Below are positions 54,511-62,521 of a DNA stretch of 64,000 bases, in pieces; within the stretch, counting starts at the first letter, position 1; the number at the start of each line of letters is the position of its first letter. The notes below the pieces were generated by a model. The model was not told the origin of the DNA and made no database searches. It was given only the letters and a program-made list of their open reading frames with translations. The position numbers and the translations under genes were made by a program. The DNA is from a virus. Taxonomy: Duplodnaviria > Heunggongvirae > Uroviricota > Caudoviricetes. The stretch spans positions 147,172-211,171 of IMG/VR virus record IMGVR_UViG_3300045996_002451, one strand, 5' to 3'.

Positions 54511-55298
54511 CAGTCCTCAAAGTCGTAAAGACGCACCAGTACTTCCGGTTCCGGTTCCGCTGCAGGGGGTTCTGGGTTGGGTGAGAACGCTCGAAGTTGG
54601 GCCGCTTCGGTGTAGTAGTTTCCGTTTCGGTTCTTAAGGCGTGCTTTTCTTAACGTTTCCAAACCGCTAAAGAAAATACGCAGCATGATTTGTTCCGGAG
54701 GAACGTTAGCCCAACGGCTGATCGAGGTCACCCGTTCCTGTACGGTGCGCCACGGCATATTGGGGTTTACGGCGTCCTGGAGTTCGTCGAGTACGCTATC
54801 GATCCGGTCTTCCCGCGTCTCCTCTCGGCGACTAAAGAGGGGAATAGAGGGGTCGACAGGGTTAAGGCCTTGGATGTAGTTCTCATAAAACCGCACCTGA
54901 TTAGCGCGCTCAACCTCCTGCATGCTGATACGTTTCTGCCTAACATCCGAGAAGTCGATGGCGGGTGGTGTGGGCTTGGCAGCGTTCTTCCAGTACTGAC
55001 CTAAATTTGGGAAACTGATTGCTTCTATCTTTTCCAACGAAGCTAATAAGCGATTCGCTTCGCCTCCGCCCGCGATACTCTCCGCGCGTGCAGCACCCGT
55101 CTCTCCAGACACTCCAGTTGGATCTGGAAGGGGTGTTGAAACTGGGTCTTGCGACACAACGCCTTGAGCTTCAGCTTCGCTTCCGTCAGGCTGGAAAGTG
55201 GACTTTCGACGAGCTTTTTCACGTAAACGGGGAAGCTTCCCTTTTCCACCTGACTTAGTTGGTTTGCCGCTACCAGTTCCATCTTTTGGATCGTCCAT
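54510..55298 (-). CDS. Hypothetical protein ending in 'VRLYDFED'. Start uncertain.
   Basis: C-terminal motif shared with the family. The listed start overlaps the 55043-55540 ORF. An alternative in-frame ATG lies at 54923. Confidence 0.35.
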   Translation of the reverse strand: MDDPKDGTGSGKPTKSGGKGKLPRLREKARRKSTFQPDGSEAEAQGVVSQDPVSTPLPDPTGVSGETGAARAESIAGGGEANRLLASLEKIEAISFPNLGQYWKNAAKPTPPAIDFSDVRQKRISMQEVERANQVRFYENYIQGLNPVDPSIPLFSRREETREDRIDSVLDELQDAVNPNMPWRTVQERVTSISRWANVPPEQIMLRIFFSGLETLRKARLKNRNGNYYTEAAQLRAFSPNPEPPAAEPEPEVLVRLYDFED

Positions 55299-55540
55299 AC
55301 CGTCACTACCCCTCCCAAAAACCCGGGTTCTTCTCTCTGCTGCACCACCAGGGCAGTTCGGTATTCATCCTGTTCCGCCCGCTGGAATAGTAGCTCTTCC
55401 GCCTCTGCTTGCGTGGCGCACTGTTCTACAGGTACCAGGTGATACCACAACGTGCTCCAGAGAGAGTCGTAGTCTTCTTCGCTAGGCCGCACGAAGGTAA
55501 ACAGACTGTAGACGATTTGGAAATCGGTGGTGGCAGCCAT
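55043..55540 (-). CDS. Hypothetical protein.
   Basis: An ATG at 55540 immediately follows a motif B half-site. Confidence 0.35.
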   Translation of the reverse strand: MAATTDFQIVYSLFTFVRPSEEDYDSLWSTLWYHLVPVEQCATQAEAEELLFQRAEQDEYRTALVVQQREEPGFLGGVVTVWTIQKMELVAANQLSQVEKGSFPVYVKKLVESPLSSLTEAKLKLKALCRKTQFQHPFQIQLECLERRVLHARRVSRAEAKRIAY

Positions 55541-55544
55541 AGTG

Positions 55545-55560
55545 TAACACGCGTCATACA
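55545..55560. promoter_or_regulatory. Motif B variant (GTAACACGCGTCATAC).
   Basis: Abuts the 55540 start codon on the - strand. Confidence 0.4.
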
Positions 55561-55615
55561 AGAGAGCAAGCAACGGCTGATTTAGTGTAACGCTAAATGG
55601 GACTTATGTCACTTC

Positions 55616-56014
55616 CTACGATGGGATCGCGTCTTCCGGATCGTCAAAATCATACAGGCGTACTGGTGCTTGTTCTGGCTCCGGGGGCGTTACTGCTCGC
55701 TTCTGATTCTTAGGCATCCAACCTTTGTACGGCTTAGGCTCCGGAGGACTGATTTTGATAGGAATGGCTGCCATCTGAGCGATCAACTGGTCTTGCAGTT
55801 TTGTGTAATCTTTTTTCGAAGCACGCGCGGATCCCTGCTGAACTGTGCGTTCAGCTCTAAGCTTTTCCGCGACGCTTTGATCGTAGACCAGTTCAGTGCC
55901 TTCCCAATTAAGGGGTACTAAACAGATGCGGCAGTAAGAAGGTTGCTCAGCTATTTTCAAGCGGGTGTAACAAACCGGGCAACCCGTCGTCTTAGAGATG
56001 TCTAGGCTTGGCAT
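55616..56014 (-). CDS. N-terminal zinc-ribbon protein with C-terminal 'VRLYDFDDPEDAIPS'.
   Basis: 'CPVC ... CRIC' plus the shared terminal motif. Confidence 0.45.
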   Translation of the reverse strand: MPSLDISKTTGCPVCYTRLKIAEQPSYCRICLVPLNWEGTELVYDQSVAEKLRAERTVQQGSARASKKDYTKLQDQLIAQMAAIPIKISPPEPKPYKGWMPKNQKRAVTPPEPEQAPVRLYDFDDPEDAIPS

Positions 56015-56838
56015 GGTACGCTAAAGAACTCCCGCTGAGGCAGCATCACCGCGGTCAGTAGACCGCCGTAGCAACTTCCGGTATCGATCCCAATCTTTTC
56101 CGGACGGTTCAAAGGCTTCCAGCTATCTTTCATCCCAGGTTGCCAGATACCACTCTGCACCTCCGTGGACTGCGGCGTGTGTCCGAAGATCACCGGCTTG
56201 TCCAGACGATGCTTGGTGTCGTAGATCCATTCGTCCCGGATCCAGAGCTTCTGAAAACGGCTGCACTGGCCGGGACGCTTCCCCGGCTGGAAACCGGCGT
56301 GCACGTAGTAACCGTGCTCGTCCTCATAGTCCAGCTTCAGGGAAGCAAACCAGTTCATCAAATCTTGGCCCAGCAGGGAGGTGATCCCTTCCGCGGCCAC
56401 GCCGAGAAATACCTTTTCCAGCAGTTTCAAGGTGACTGCGCGGCGTCCACCTGCGACATCGATCAGGCGCGCAAACTCCACCGGACCCAGGAAGCTTTTC
56501 ATCGCTTCGACGCCGCCGTTGCTTTCCCAGAGACCCGCATCGTAGAGTCTATGTCCACCCTGTTCCACCCGCAGGTGATCCAGCAGCATGTCCTCATGGT
56601 TGCCGATTAAGGTCACCACGGGTCCGGGCCAATAAGCCTGGCACTCTTTGGCCACTCCCCATTCCTGCAGCTCCTGCACGATGCGGATCACACCCCGACT
56701 GTCGGGGCCCCGGTCGATGTAGTCGCCTACAAAGACCAGGGTATCCCCTTCTTCAGCCAGGGGCTCGATCTGCGCCAGCAACTGCTGCAAAGGTTCGGCA
56801 AAGCCGTGTACATCACCGATCGCAAAGGTTTTACTCAT
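56002..56838 (-). CDS. Ser/Thr protein phosphatase (PPP-family metallophosphoesterase, lambda-PPase / ApaH-like).
   Basis: 'GDVHG', 'GDYIDRG' and 'GNHE' metallophosphatase motifs. Confidence 0.75.
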   Translation of the reverse strand: MSKTFAIGDVHGFAEPLQQLLAQIEPLAEEGDTLVFVGDYIDRGPDSRGVIRIVQELQEWGVAKECQAYWPGPVVTLIGNHEDMLLDHLRVEQGGHRLYDAGLWESNGGVEAMKSFLGPVEFARLIDVAGGRRAVTLKLLEKVFLGVAAEGITSLLGQDLMNWFASLKLDYEDEHGYYVHAGFQPGKRPGQCSRFQKLWIRDEWIYDTKHRLDKPVIFGHTPQSTEVQSGIWQPGMKDSWKPLNRPEKIGIDTGSCYGGLLTAVMLPQREFFSVPCQA

Positions 56839-56871
56839 GGGTTTCTCCGGCTTCGCCTTACCTACCTCTGG

Positions 56872-57804
56872 CTACGTCACGATCTCCAGGACTTCCATCG
56901 CCTGACGCAGCAAGTTTAACCGAGCGTCTCGGGTCATACTGCGCCACTGCTGCTTACTCATCCCGGTACTGCCGCCACTCACCAGCTCCAGTACGGCATC
57001 CAGGTTGCCGACAGGCACCACCGCGGTGGTGCGCGTAGCATCGGGCTGGATGTGGTGACCCCGCTTCACCGCCTCGGAAGGGCGCACGCGGACCGAGGTG
57101 ATTTTCGTGCCACTGCGGCGAGGAGGCGCAGCGGTGAGCGGCGTGCGCGTATTGGTACGCATCACCCCGTTCTTGATGTTGCGCGCCAACATCTGTACGT
57201 AGCTGTACACCGCGTTAGCGACTTTGCCGATCTCCACCTGTTCGGTGTAGGTGGGCATGCGCTTGCGGGGATCGATCCCCCGGGCCAGCAACTCCTTGAC
57301 GATCGTATGGGCCTTGGTGCCCTCTTGAAAGTTCTGGAGCAGGTCCTGGGACGGATCAGCGGGAGGAGCCGTTTCGATCACCTCAGTCGGAGAGGTCGTC
57401 ATGATTTGTCGAGGTCCTACTTGGTAGACCGGAGGCGCTTTGGCGTCCTGCGCGCTGACGTACTCGAAGAACGCCTCCAGCACGCGCAGCTCGTTCAAAG
57501 CCCTTCGGACCAGAATACATGGGATATCCAGCTTATCAGCCGCCTTACGGGTATTGACGGAGTTGGTGTGGCTGATGCAGTCGAGCATGATCATGGCAAG
57601 ATCTGCCCCGGACAGCTCCTGCTCCAGCTTTCGCAGGGGCAAGCGCCTTTTCGTGTCCACCCACACCAACTCCGCCGCTAACAGTTCGGAGAGTGCTTCA
57701 AGCCGTTTTTCCTCTCGCCTGCCACCAATCAGGAAGATCCGTTTGCCCTGGGTAAGCGACAGGACACGTTCCATAAATGGTTCGGTGGAAGAGGGGGTTT
57801 GCAT
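56872..57804 (-). CDS. Hypothetical protein with a possible N-terminal Rossmann / SLOG-like domain and a low-complexity C-terminus.
   Basis: The spacing in 'RIFLIGGRREEK ... LAMIMLDCISHTNS ... DIPCILV' resembles DUF2325/SLOG. An ATG at 57804 has GGAG upstream. Confidence 0.35.
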   Translation of the reverse strand: MQTPSSTEPFMERVLSLTQGKRIFLIGGRREEKRLEALSELLAAELVWVDTKRRLPLRKLEQELSGADLAMIMLDCISHTNSVNTRKAADKLDIPCILVRRALNELRVLEAFFEYVSAQDAKAPPVYQVGPRQIMTTSPTEVIETAPPADPSQDLLQNFQEGTKAHTIVKELLARGIDPRKRMPTYTEQVEIGKVANAVYSYVQMLARNIKNGVMRTNTRTPLTAAPPRRSGTKITSVRVRPSEAVKRGHHIQPDATRTTAVVPVGNLDAVLELVSGGSTGMSKQQWRSMTRDARLNLLRQAMEVLEIVT

Positions 57805-57808
57805 GCGG

Positions 57809-59383
57809 TTACTCCGGCTCGGCACTGCCTTCGAGGATGCGCGCCTGGGTCTTAGGATACAGGGCGTACCACTTCTTAAGCAAGCGTCGATAGTCGTTGG
57901 CGTATTTGTACAGCGCCCCTACGCCCGTGCGCAGCTCGCACTCGTAGAGGAACTTGTCTGCTGTGGTGCCGTGCTCGTAGCTACTCTCCGCGCCCAACAC
58001 CAACCAGTAGACATAGGTAGAGTACCCTTGCGTCAGCAGGTTCAACGCCGTACGCGTCATCGTCCGCCCGATCTCCGCAAGCGCTTCTAGCTGTTTGCGT
58101 TCCTCCTGGGCCCAGCTCGGCAACTCATCCTCGGCCCAGTAGAAACCGACCGGGATCAGCGGCGCGAACTTGTACCCCGTACGGTGCCGGTTCATGTCCC
58201 GCAGACAAGCGAAGTCTACGGCTCCGATCGAAAAGCGTACAAAGGTACGCCGCAGCCAGGCCCCTACCCAGGCATACCGGTTCTCGTGGAACTCCAGGTC
58301 CTGGTAGAACTCCCCGTCGAAGAAGTTGCGTTCTTCTTGGTGCCCGTAGAACGTGTGCTCTGTTTCAGGACACCAGACGGCCAGGTGAACCGGCGAAGTC
58401 GCACTGGAACGGGTGATCGGAAGCGTCTCATTCAGGAAGGTCTGCCCGATCCCGGTATAGGAAGTCTGCCGCGCGGCCTTGAACTCCTGCTCGAAGCCTT
58501 GGGTCCAGTACGCCTTGGCCACGGCGTGCTTGACCAGTCGCGGGGTAACCAGCTCCAGTTCTTCCCGCAGCAGCTTGCCTAGCGCCTGGCCTTCGGACAG
58601 CGGTTGAGACAGCAGCTTCTGGATCAACTCGGTCCAGCCGCGGGCGTTCATGACCAGCATCACGTTGGTCTGTACGGCAGCCGGGATGAAGCAGCGTGCC
58701 CGGTCGAAGGCGTAGTTGCGCTTCAGCCGTTCCAGCTTGAGCCGGGCTTTTTCGTCGGTCTTGGCTTCTTCGATGAGTGAACTGGGGATCTTGGCGACGG
58801 TGGGATCCTTTTCGAAGATTCCGGACCAGAGCGCGTACGCCTGATTGTAGGCGTCAAACGCGAGCGCGGTCTGCTGCGTCCATTCAGGGGCGTCCACTAC
58901 GCCTAGCGCCTCTGCCGAAGGTAAGCCTTCCGCGGAGAACTTGCAGTAGCGCGTGCTCGTCTCCTGTCCGGAGGCCGTCGGCACCTGACTCCAGATCCAG
59001 TAGACCAGGTAGACCGAGACGTTGTCGAGGAACATCGCGACTGGCGCCATGTCCGCAATCGAGGCATGGCCGTAGTCCACCATCTTGAAGATGGAGTCGA
59101 CCCCTTTGTCCGGGTTGCCGGGGCGATAATTGTTCGCTACGGTGTGGAAGCGTTCGTAATCGTCATCCCATTCCGCACGGTGGCTTTCTGCCACGAGCGT
59201 AAGGAACTTCTCGAGGGTTTCCTGCTTGTTACCAAGATCAATCTTTTCGAGGATCGCCTCCAAGCCCTCTCCATTGCGACTGTAGCGCGCGCCGGTGGCA
59301 GCTAGTTCTTCGGCGGTCAGGGCAACCTTCCCCGCGGCCAGCGCGGCTTCAGTGGGCTTTAGGGCGACGTATGTAACTTTCAT
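57809..59383 (-). CDS. Tandem-domain flavin-dependent thymidylate synthase (ThyX)-like protein.
   Basis: 'ARCFIPAAVQTNVMLVMNARGWTELI' matches the ThyX AR..LP...T...N.R motif. The first half has 'ETSTRY' without RHR. The second half has 'NRHRTGYKF'. 524 aa is about twice ThyX length. Confidence 0.45.
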   Translation of the reverse strand: MKVTYVALKPTEAALAAGKVALTAEELAATGARYSRNGEGLEAILEKIDLGNKQETLEKFLTLVAESHRAEWDDDYERFHTVANNYRPGNPDKGVDSIFKMVDYGHASIADMAPVAMFLDNVSVYLVYWIWSQVPTASGQETSTRYCKFSAEGLPSAEALGVVDAPEWTQQTALAFDAYNQAYALWSGIFEKDPTVAKIPSSLIEEAKTDEKARLKLERLKRNYAFDRARCFIPAAVQTNVMLVMNARGWTELIQKLLSQPLSEGQALGKLLREELELVTPRLVKHAVAKAYWTQGFEQEFKAARQTSYTGIGQTFLNETLPITRSSATSPVHLAVWCPETEHTFYGHQEERNFFDGEFYQDLEFHENRYAWVGAWLRRTFVRFSIGAVDFACLRDMNRHRTGYKFAPLIPVGFYWAEDELPSWAQEERKQLEALAEIGRTMTRTALNLLTQGYSTYVYWLVLGAESSYEHGTTADKFLYECELRTGVGALYKYANDYRRLLKKWYALYPKTQARILEGSAEPE

Positions 59384-59393
59384 CGCGTTCTTT

Positions 59394-59804
59394 CTAGTTG
59401 AGGACCGCAGCTTTTCGGGGGAGGGGGCGAGACGGTACGTCGTCCATGTCTTGCATGTCCGGACAGTCGGGTCCGTGTACCGGACAGATCCCTTCCTTCA
59501 AACCCTGCATCGCCAGCAGGACCTGGGTGACCTTACCTAACGTATCCATCGCGACATCGATACCGACGGCAAGCACGGCATCTATCTGCTTGGGCATATC
59601 GGTATGCCCTTCCACCAGTTCGACCATGGCAGATACGAGCTTCCAGCGTACGGCGTCGTCGCCTTCCAGCACCAGGTTGTCCAGACTGAGGCTCACGGGA
59701 GGTTCGGGGATCCCCTGTGCTTTACGACTCAGCGCTTCCTGGGAGATCCGCTTGGTCGTTTCAACCAATGCTTGCATGTTTTCCAGGGTTAAATCTCTGC
59801 GCAT
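59394..59804 (-). CDS. Hypothetical protein.
   Basis: 136-aa ORF downstream of a hairpin and motif A at 59825. Confidence 0.4.
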   Translation of the reverse strand: MRRDLTLENMQALVETTKRISQEALSRKAQGIPEPPVSLSLDNLVLEGDDAVRWKLVSAMVELVEGHTDMPKQIDAVLAVGIDVAMDTLGKVTQVLLAMQGLKEGICPVHGPDCPDMQDMDDVPSRPLPRKAAVLN

Positions 59805-59824
59805 CCCAGTGTTCCTAACTACGG

Positions 59825-59838
59825 GTTACCCGTGTAAC
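59825..59838. promoter_or_regulatory. Motif A (GTTACCCGTGTAAC).
   Basis: 20 nt upstream (on the - strand) of the 59804 start codon. Confidence 0.5.
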
Positions 59839-59846
59839 AAAGATGA

Positions 59847-59881
59847 GTGCCTGGAGCCGATCGGACTGTGCTCCAGGCACA
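59847..59881 (-). terminator. Hairpin (11-bp stem) immediately 3' of the 59888 gene. A weak terminator or an RNA processing site.
   Basis: GTGCCTGGAGC-12 nt loop-GCTCCAGGCAC with a weak T-tract. Confidence 0.35.
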
Positions 59882-59887
59882 GTGGCA

Positions 59888-60235
59888 TCAACTCCCGGTA
59901 ATGGCGTGAAGGAATCCGAACCTCTTGAGGTGTTCCGGCTCTTCAAATTGAATGGCCGCTTCTGCGAACCCTTCCACGATTGTCGGTGTGAAGCCTTGTT
60001 CAGACGTTAAGGTGACTACCTTTACTTTGAACGAGACGGTGACGTGATGTAGCTCAAGTTCTTCGTGAGGTCGTACCTCCTCAACCTGAAGAGAACCAAC
60101 CTCATAGGTGTATTGACACAGATGATCGAACCCTTCCGGGGTACCCCCGTTGACCTGCGCTGGAACCATTGCGTCCAACTGGCGGCGGAGATCTTCGAGC
60201 ATGGTGTCAGTGACACTATAAAACTGAGCGGGCAC
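59888..60235 (-). CDS. Hypothetical protein.
   Basis: 115-aa ORF. Confidence 0.4.
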   Translation of the reverse strand: MPAQFYSVTDTMLEDLRRQLDAMVPAQVNGGTPEGFDHLCQYTYEVGSLQVEEVRPHEELELHHVTVSFKVKVVTLTSEQGFTPTIVEGFAEAAIQFEEPEHLKRFGFLHAITGS

Positions 60236-60301
60236 ACTGCCTCCATTATGCAGTTTTTAGCGGCTAGATTGCCGCGGCAGCAGGATAACTGAACAGTTAC
60301 C

Positions 60302-60535
60302 CTACTTCGGTTCCTCGCAAGGCACCTCGACTACCAGGGTCTCGTTCCAGTCAACTGCTGGTTGGACTACCCGGAAGGACCGCCGATAGCCACGGTTCGT
60401 GTCCCAGCCTGAGACAACCTCACCGATACGTGGTTTGGACGCACCTTGAAATTGCAGGCGGACCTCACGAGGACATTCTTGGACCCGTAACACGTGGGTC
60501 CGAGCTTTTCTACGCATCCTAACTCTTCTGGGCAA
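60302..60535 (-). CDS. Hypothetical small basic protein.
   Basis: 77 aa, starting 'MPRRVRMRRKAR'. Confidence 0.3.
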   Translation of the reverse strand: MPRRVRMRRKARTHVLRVQECPREVRLQFQGASKPRIGEVVSGWDTNRGYRRSFRVVQPAVDWNETLVVEVPCEEPK

Positions 60536-60540
60536 GCAGG

Positions 60541-60643
60541 TAGTGAGACAGGGTGCCCTTAAAAGTGCAGCACGCTGAAGTCGCCCTCCATTGTAACTGT
60601 TCGCCCTGTCTCACTACCTGCTCTTTAAGCGGACCCTGACCCG
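60541..60643. other. Structured non-coding region: a ~20-bp inverted repeat enclosing a ~45-nt loop, plus smaller hairpins.
   Basis: GCAGGTAGTGAGACAGGG(T)G at 60546-60565 pairs with CGCCCTGTCTCACTACCTGC at ~60612-60631. The 175-nt gap between - strand genes has no convincing ORF. Confidence 0.4.
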
Positions 60644-60709
60644 CCCACGGCCAGGTCCTACCGGTCAGTCTTCCCAAACCCACCGGTAGCTGTTTCACCC
60701 GGCACCTGG

Positions 60710-61369
60710 TTAGCCGCCCATACCCGGTGCGAGCTGGTCCGAAGTCTTGACTACGGGACACTTAAGGAGTTTTCCGTTGTAGTTAGGGAAGACTTGCGTG
60801 AAGACGCGCGTCTGCGTCTCGAAGTCCTCGATGGCCTCCAAGAAGTTCACAGCTTCAGCGCCCATTGATTGCCGGACGTGGTTGCGCATCGCAATCCGCA
60901 TCTGCTCCTGAGCCAGCTCGTAGGTTGCACAAACCTGTAAGCTGGCAGTTTCTCCAACAGGTTGCAGAATGACCAAGAACACCTCGTCTCGCGGTTCTTG
61001 GGCGTCCGTCAGTACTGCTTCCTCAGGCTCGGGTGCCGGGTTAGGATCGGGAAGCAACGAAACCAGTACGTCATCCGGAAGGGTGTTGCGATGATTGATC
61101 TGGGATGCGAGCAGGTCCACACGGGCGTAGTCCGGGAGGCTGGCGATCGGAATGACGCCACCGGGGTCTTCGACGGAGAAACCATCCTTGACCCAGTAGA
61201 AGATGGCTTCAGTCGCCTGGAGCCTGATCGCGTTCTGTTCTTCCGGCTCCGCGTTGCTCTGCAGGTAGTGGCGTTTGAACGCACCGGTGGGTCGTTCTTC
61301 GAGCACACAGGTTGGTGCCGAGCGCCGGTCAAACTCCACCAACACGATCGTTTCGGGGTTTACACTCAT
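60710..61369 (-). CDS. Hypothetical protein.
   Basis: 219-aa ORF. Confidence 0.4.
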   Translation of the reverse strand: MSVNPETIVLVEFDRRSAPTCVLEERPTGAFKRHYLQSNAEPEEQNAIRLQATEAIFYWVKDGFSVEDPGGVIPIASLPDYARVDLLASQINHRNTLPDDVLVSLLPDPNPAPEPEEAVLTDAQEPRDEVFLVILQPVGETASLQVCATYELAQEQMRIAMRNHVRQSMGAEAVNFLEAIEDFETQTRVFTQVFPNYNGKLLKCPVVKTSDQLAPGMGG

Positions 61370-61380
61370 GGGATATCCTC

Positions 61381-61785
61381 TCAGGTTTTCTTACGCGGAA
61401 CGATGGTGACACGTCCCTCTTTATCGGAAGCATCAAACGCTTCCAAGGCCTCTAACTGCAACCGCTCGTAAACGGAGATCTTCTCTAGGCCTAGATTCGA
61501 CGTCTTCCTATTGCCTACATAACGGCGCATCGCGTTTACCAGCTTATCCAGTACAGCGGTAGGAAGCTGCGTCATCTGGTTCTTTTTACGGTTCGCCAAC
61601 TCAACTTCCGCCTGTTGGATCAACGTGGTGATCTCCCCGTCTTCCAGATCCTCCAGATTAAACGCCAGGGAGTTTTCGTCTGCAAACGGATCATAACCGT
61701 AGATACGGGTGTTCGAGTTGGGAGGGGGAGTGTCTTGCGACGCAGGATCATCTTCTCCCAAAAAATCGTACATACGCTCAGACAA
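61381..61785 (-). CDS. Hypothetical protein with an N-terminal 'RMYDFLGEDDP' motif.
   Basis: Terminal motif family. Also an internal 'RIYGYDPFADE'. Confidence 0.4.
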   Translation of the reverse strand: MSERMYDFLGEDDPASQDTPPPNSNTRIYGYDPFADENSLAFNLEDLEDGEITTLIQQAEVELANRKKNQMTQLPTAVLDKLVNAMRRYVGNRKTSNLGLEKISVYERLQLEALEAFDASDKEGRVTIVPRKKT

Positions 61786-61803
61786 CCGTTTCCTCCTTTC
61801 TAC

Positions 61804-62220
61804 TTACGTCGATTCCTCGAAGTCGTAGAGACGAGGACGCTTTTCCGTCATGGTGTAGTACCGGGTCTCGGCGGTGTGCGTGGTTGCAGGCGCCGCGGTC
61901 ATTTCTGGTAACGGTTGCCCAGCCTTTAAGTAGACGACCTCTCGGTCAATCAGGTCTCCGAACTCCGACTCCCAACCCAGCACTTCGGGAGCTACCGTAA
62001 CAAAGTCGCGCTTCATGCGGTCCATGACAAAGGTGTTGTGCATCCGCAGGGCCTCGTCCACGGTGCCGAAGCAGCTCTGCATCGAGGTAGAGAGGTGTTT
62101 AAGCGTACCCCAATGCGTGCGAAAGTAGTAACGCTTTCCTTGCTTGAGGACCCTGGAGACAAAGGCTTCCTTTTTAGACCCCTTGGTGCGGAGCAGGTAG
62201 ACAGAGGCAATGACACTCAT
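61804..62220 (-). CDS. Hypothetical protein ending in 'RLYDFEEST'.
   Basis: C-terminal motif family. Confidence 0.4.
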   Translation of the reverse strand: MSVIASVYLLRTKGSKKEAFVSRVLKQGKRYYFRTHWGTLKHLSTSMQSCFGTVDEALRMHNTFVMDRMKRDFVTVAPEVLGWESEFGDLIDREVVYLKAGQPLPEMTAAPATTHTAETRYYTMTEKRPRLYDFEEST

Positions 62221-62221
62221 T

Positions 62222-62521
62222 TTAACCTACCTGTTCCAGATCGGCGAGTAGCTGCGCGGCAGTCTTGATCCCGTAGATAGAGATCGGTGACCAGATACCT
62301 TGGACCTCGTACGGAAAGAACCCTTGCCGGAGTACGTACTGTTCGGGATCGGCGTAGCGCGTCAGTGCTGCGTGCAGTCGATTGAAGAGCGGACGCTCGA
62401 TTACAATCGGTGTCTTGCGGCGCTGTGCCACGAACTCCAGCAGTTCTTCATCCGTGTACTGGTTCAGGGGATGCTGGTGCGAATTGGGAAGCGCATCAAA
62501 ATCATAAGCTCGTGCAGACAT
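62222..62521 (-). CDS. Hypothetical protein with N-terminal 'MSARAYDFD'.
   Basis: Its ATG overlaps the stop of the upstream gene (TGATG). No Cys. Confidence 0.4.
   Translation of the reverse strand: MSARAYDFDALPNSHQHPLNQYTDEELLEFVAQRRKTPIVIERPLFNRLHAALTRYADPEQYVLRQGFFPYEVQGIWSPISIYGIKTAAQLLADLEQVG

Noticed and set aside
60519-60761. 80-aa - strand ORF in the 60.5-60.7 kb gap.
   Set aside because: It coincides with a long inverted-repeat structure and has no SD. Its Arg/Gly/Trp-rich translation does not look protein-like. I interpret the region as non-coding.
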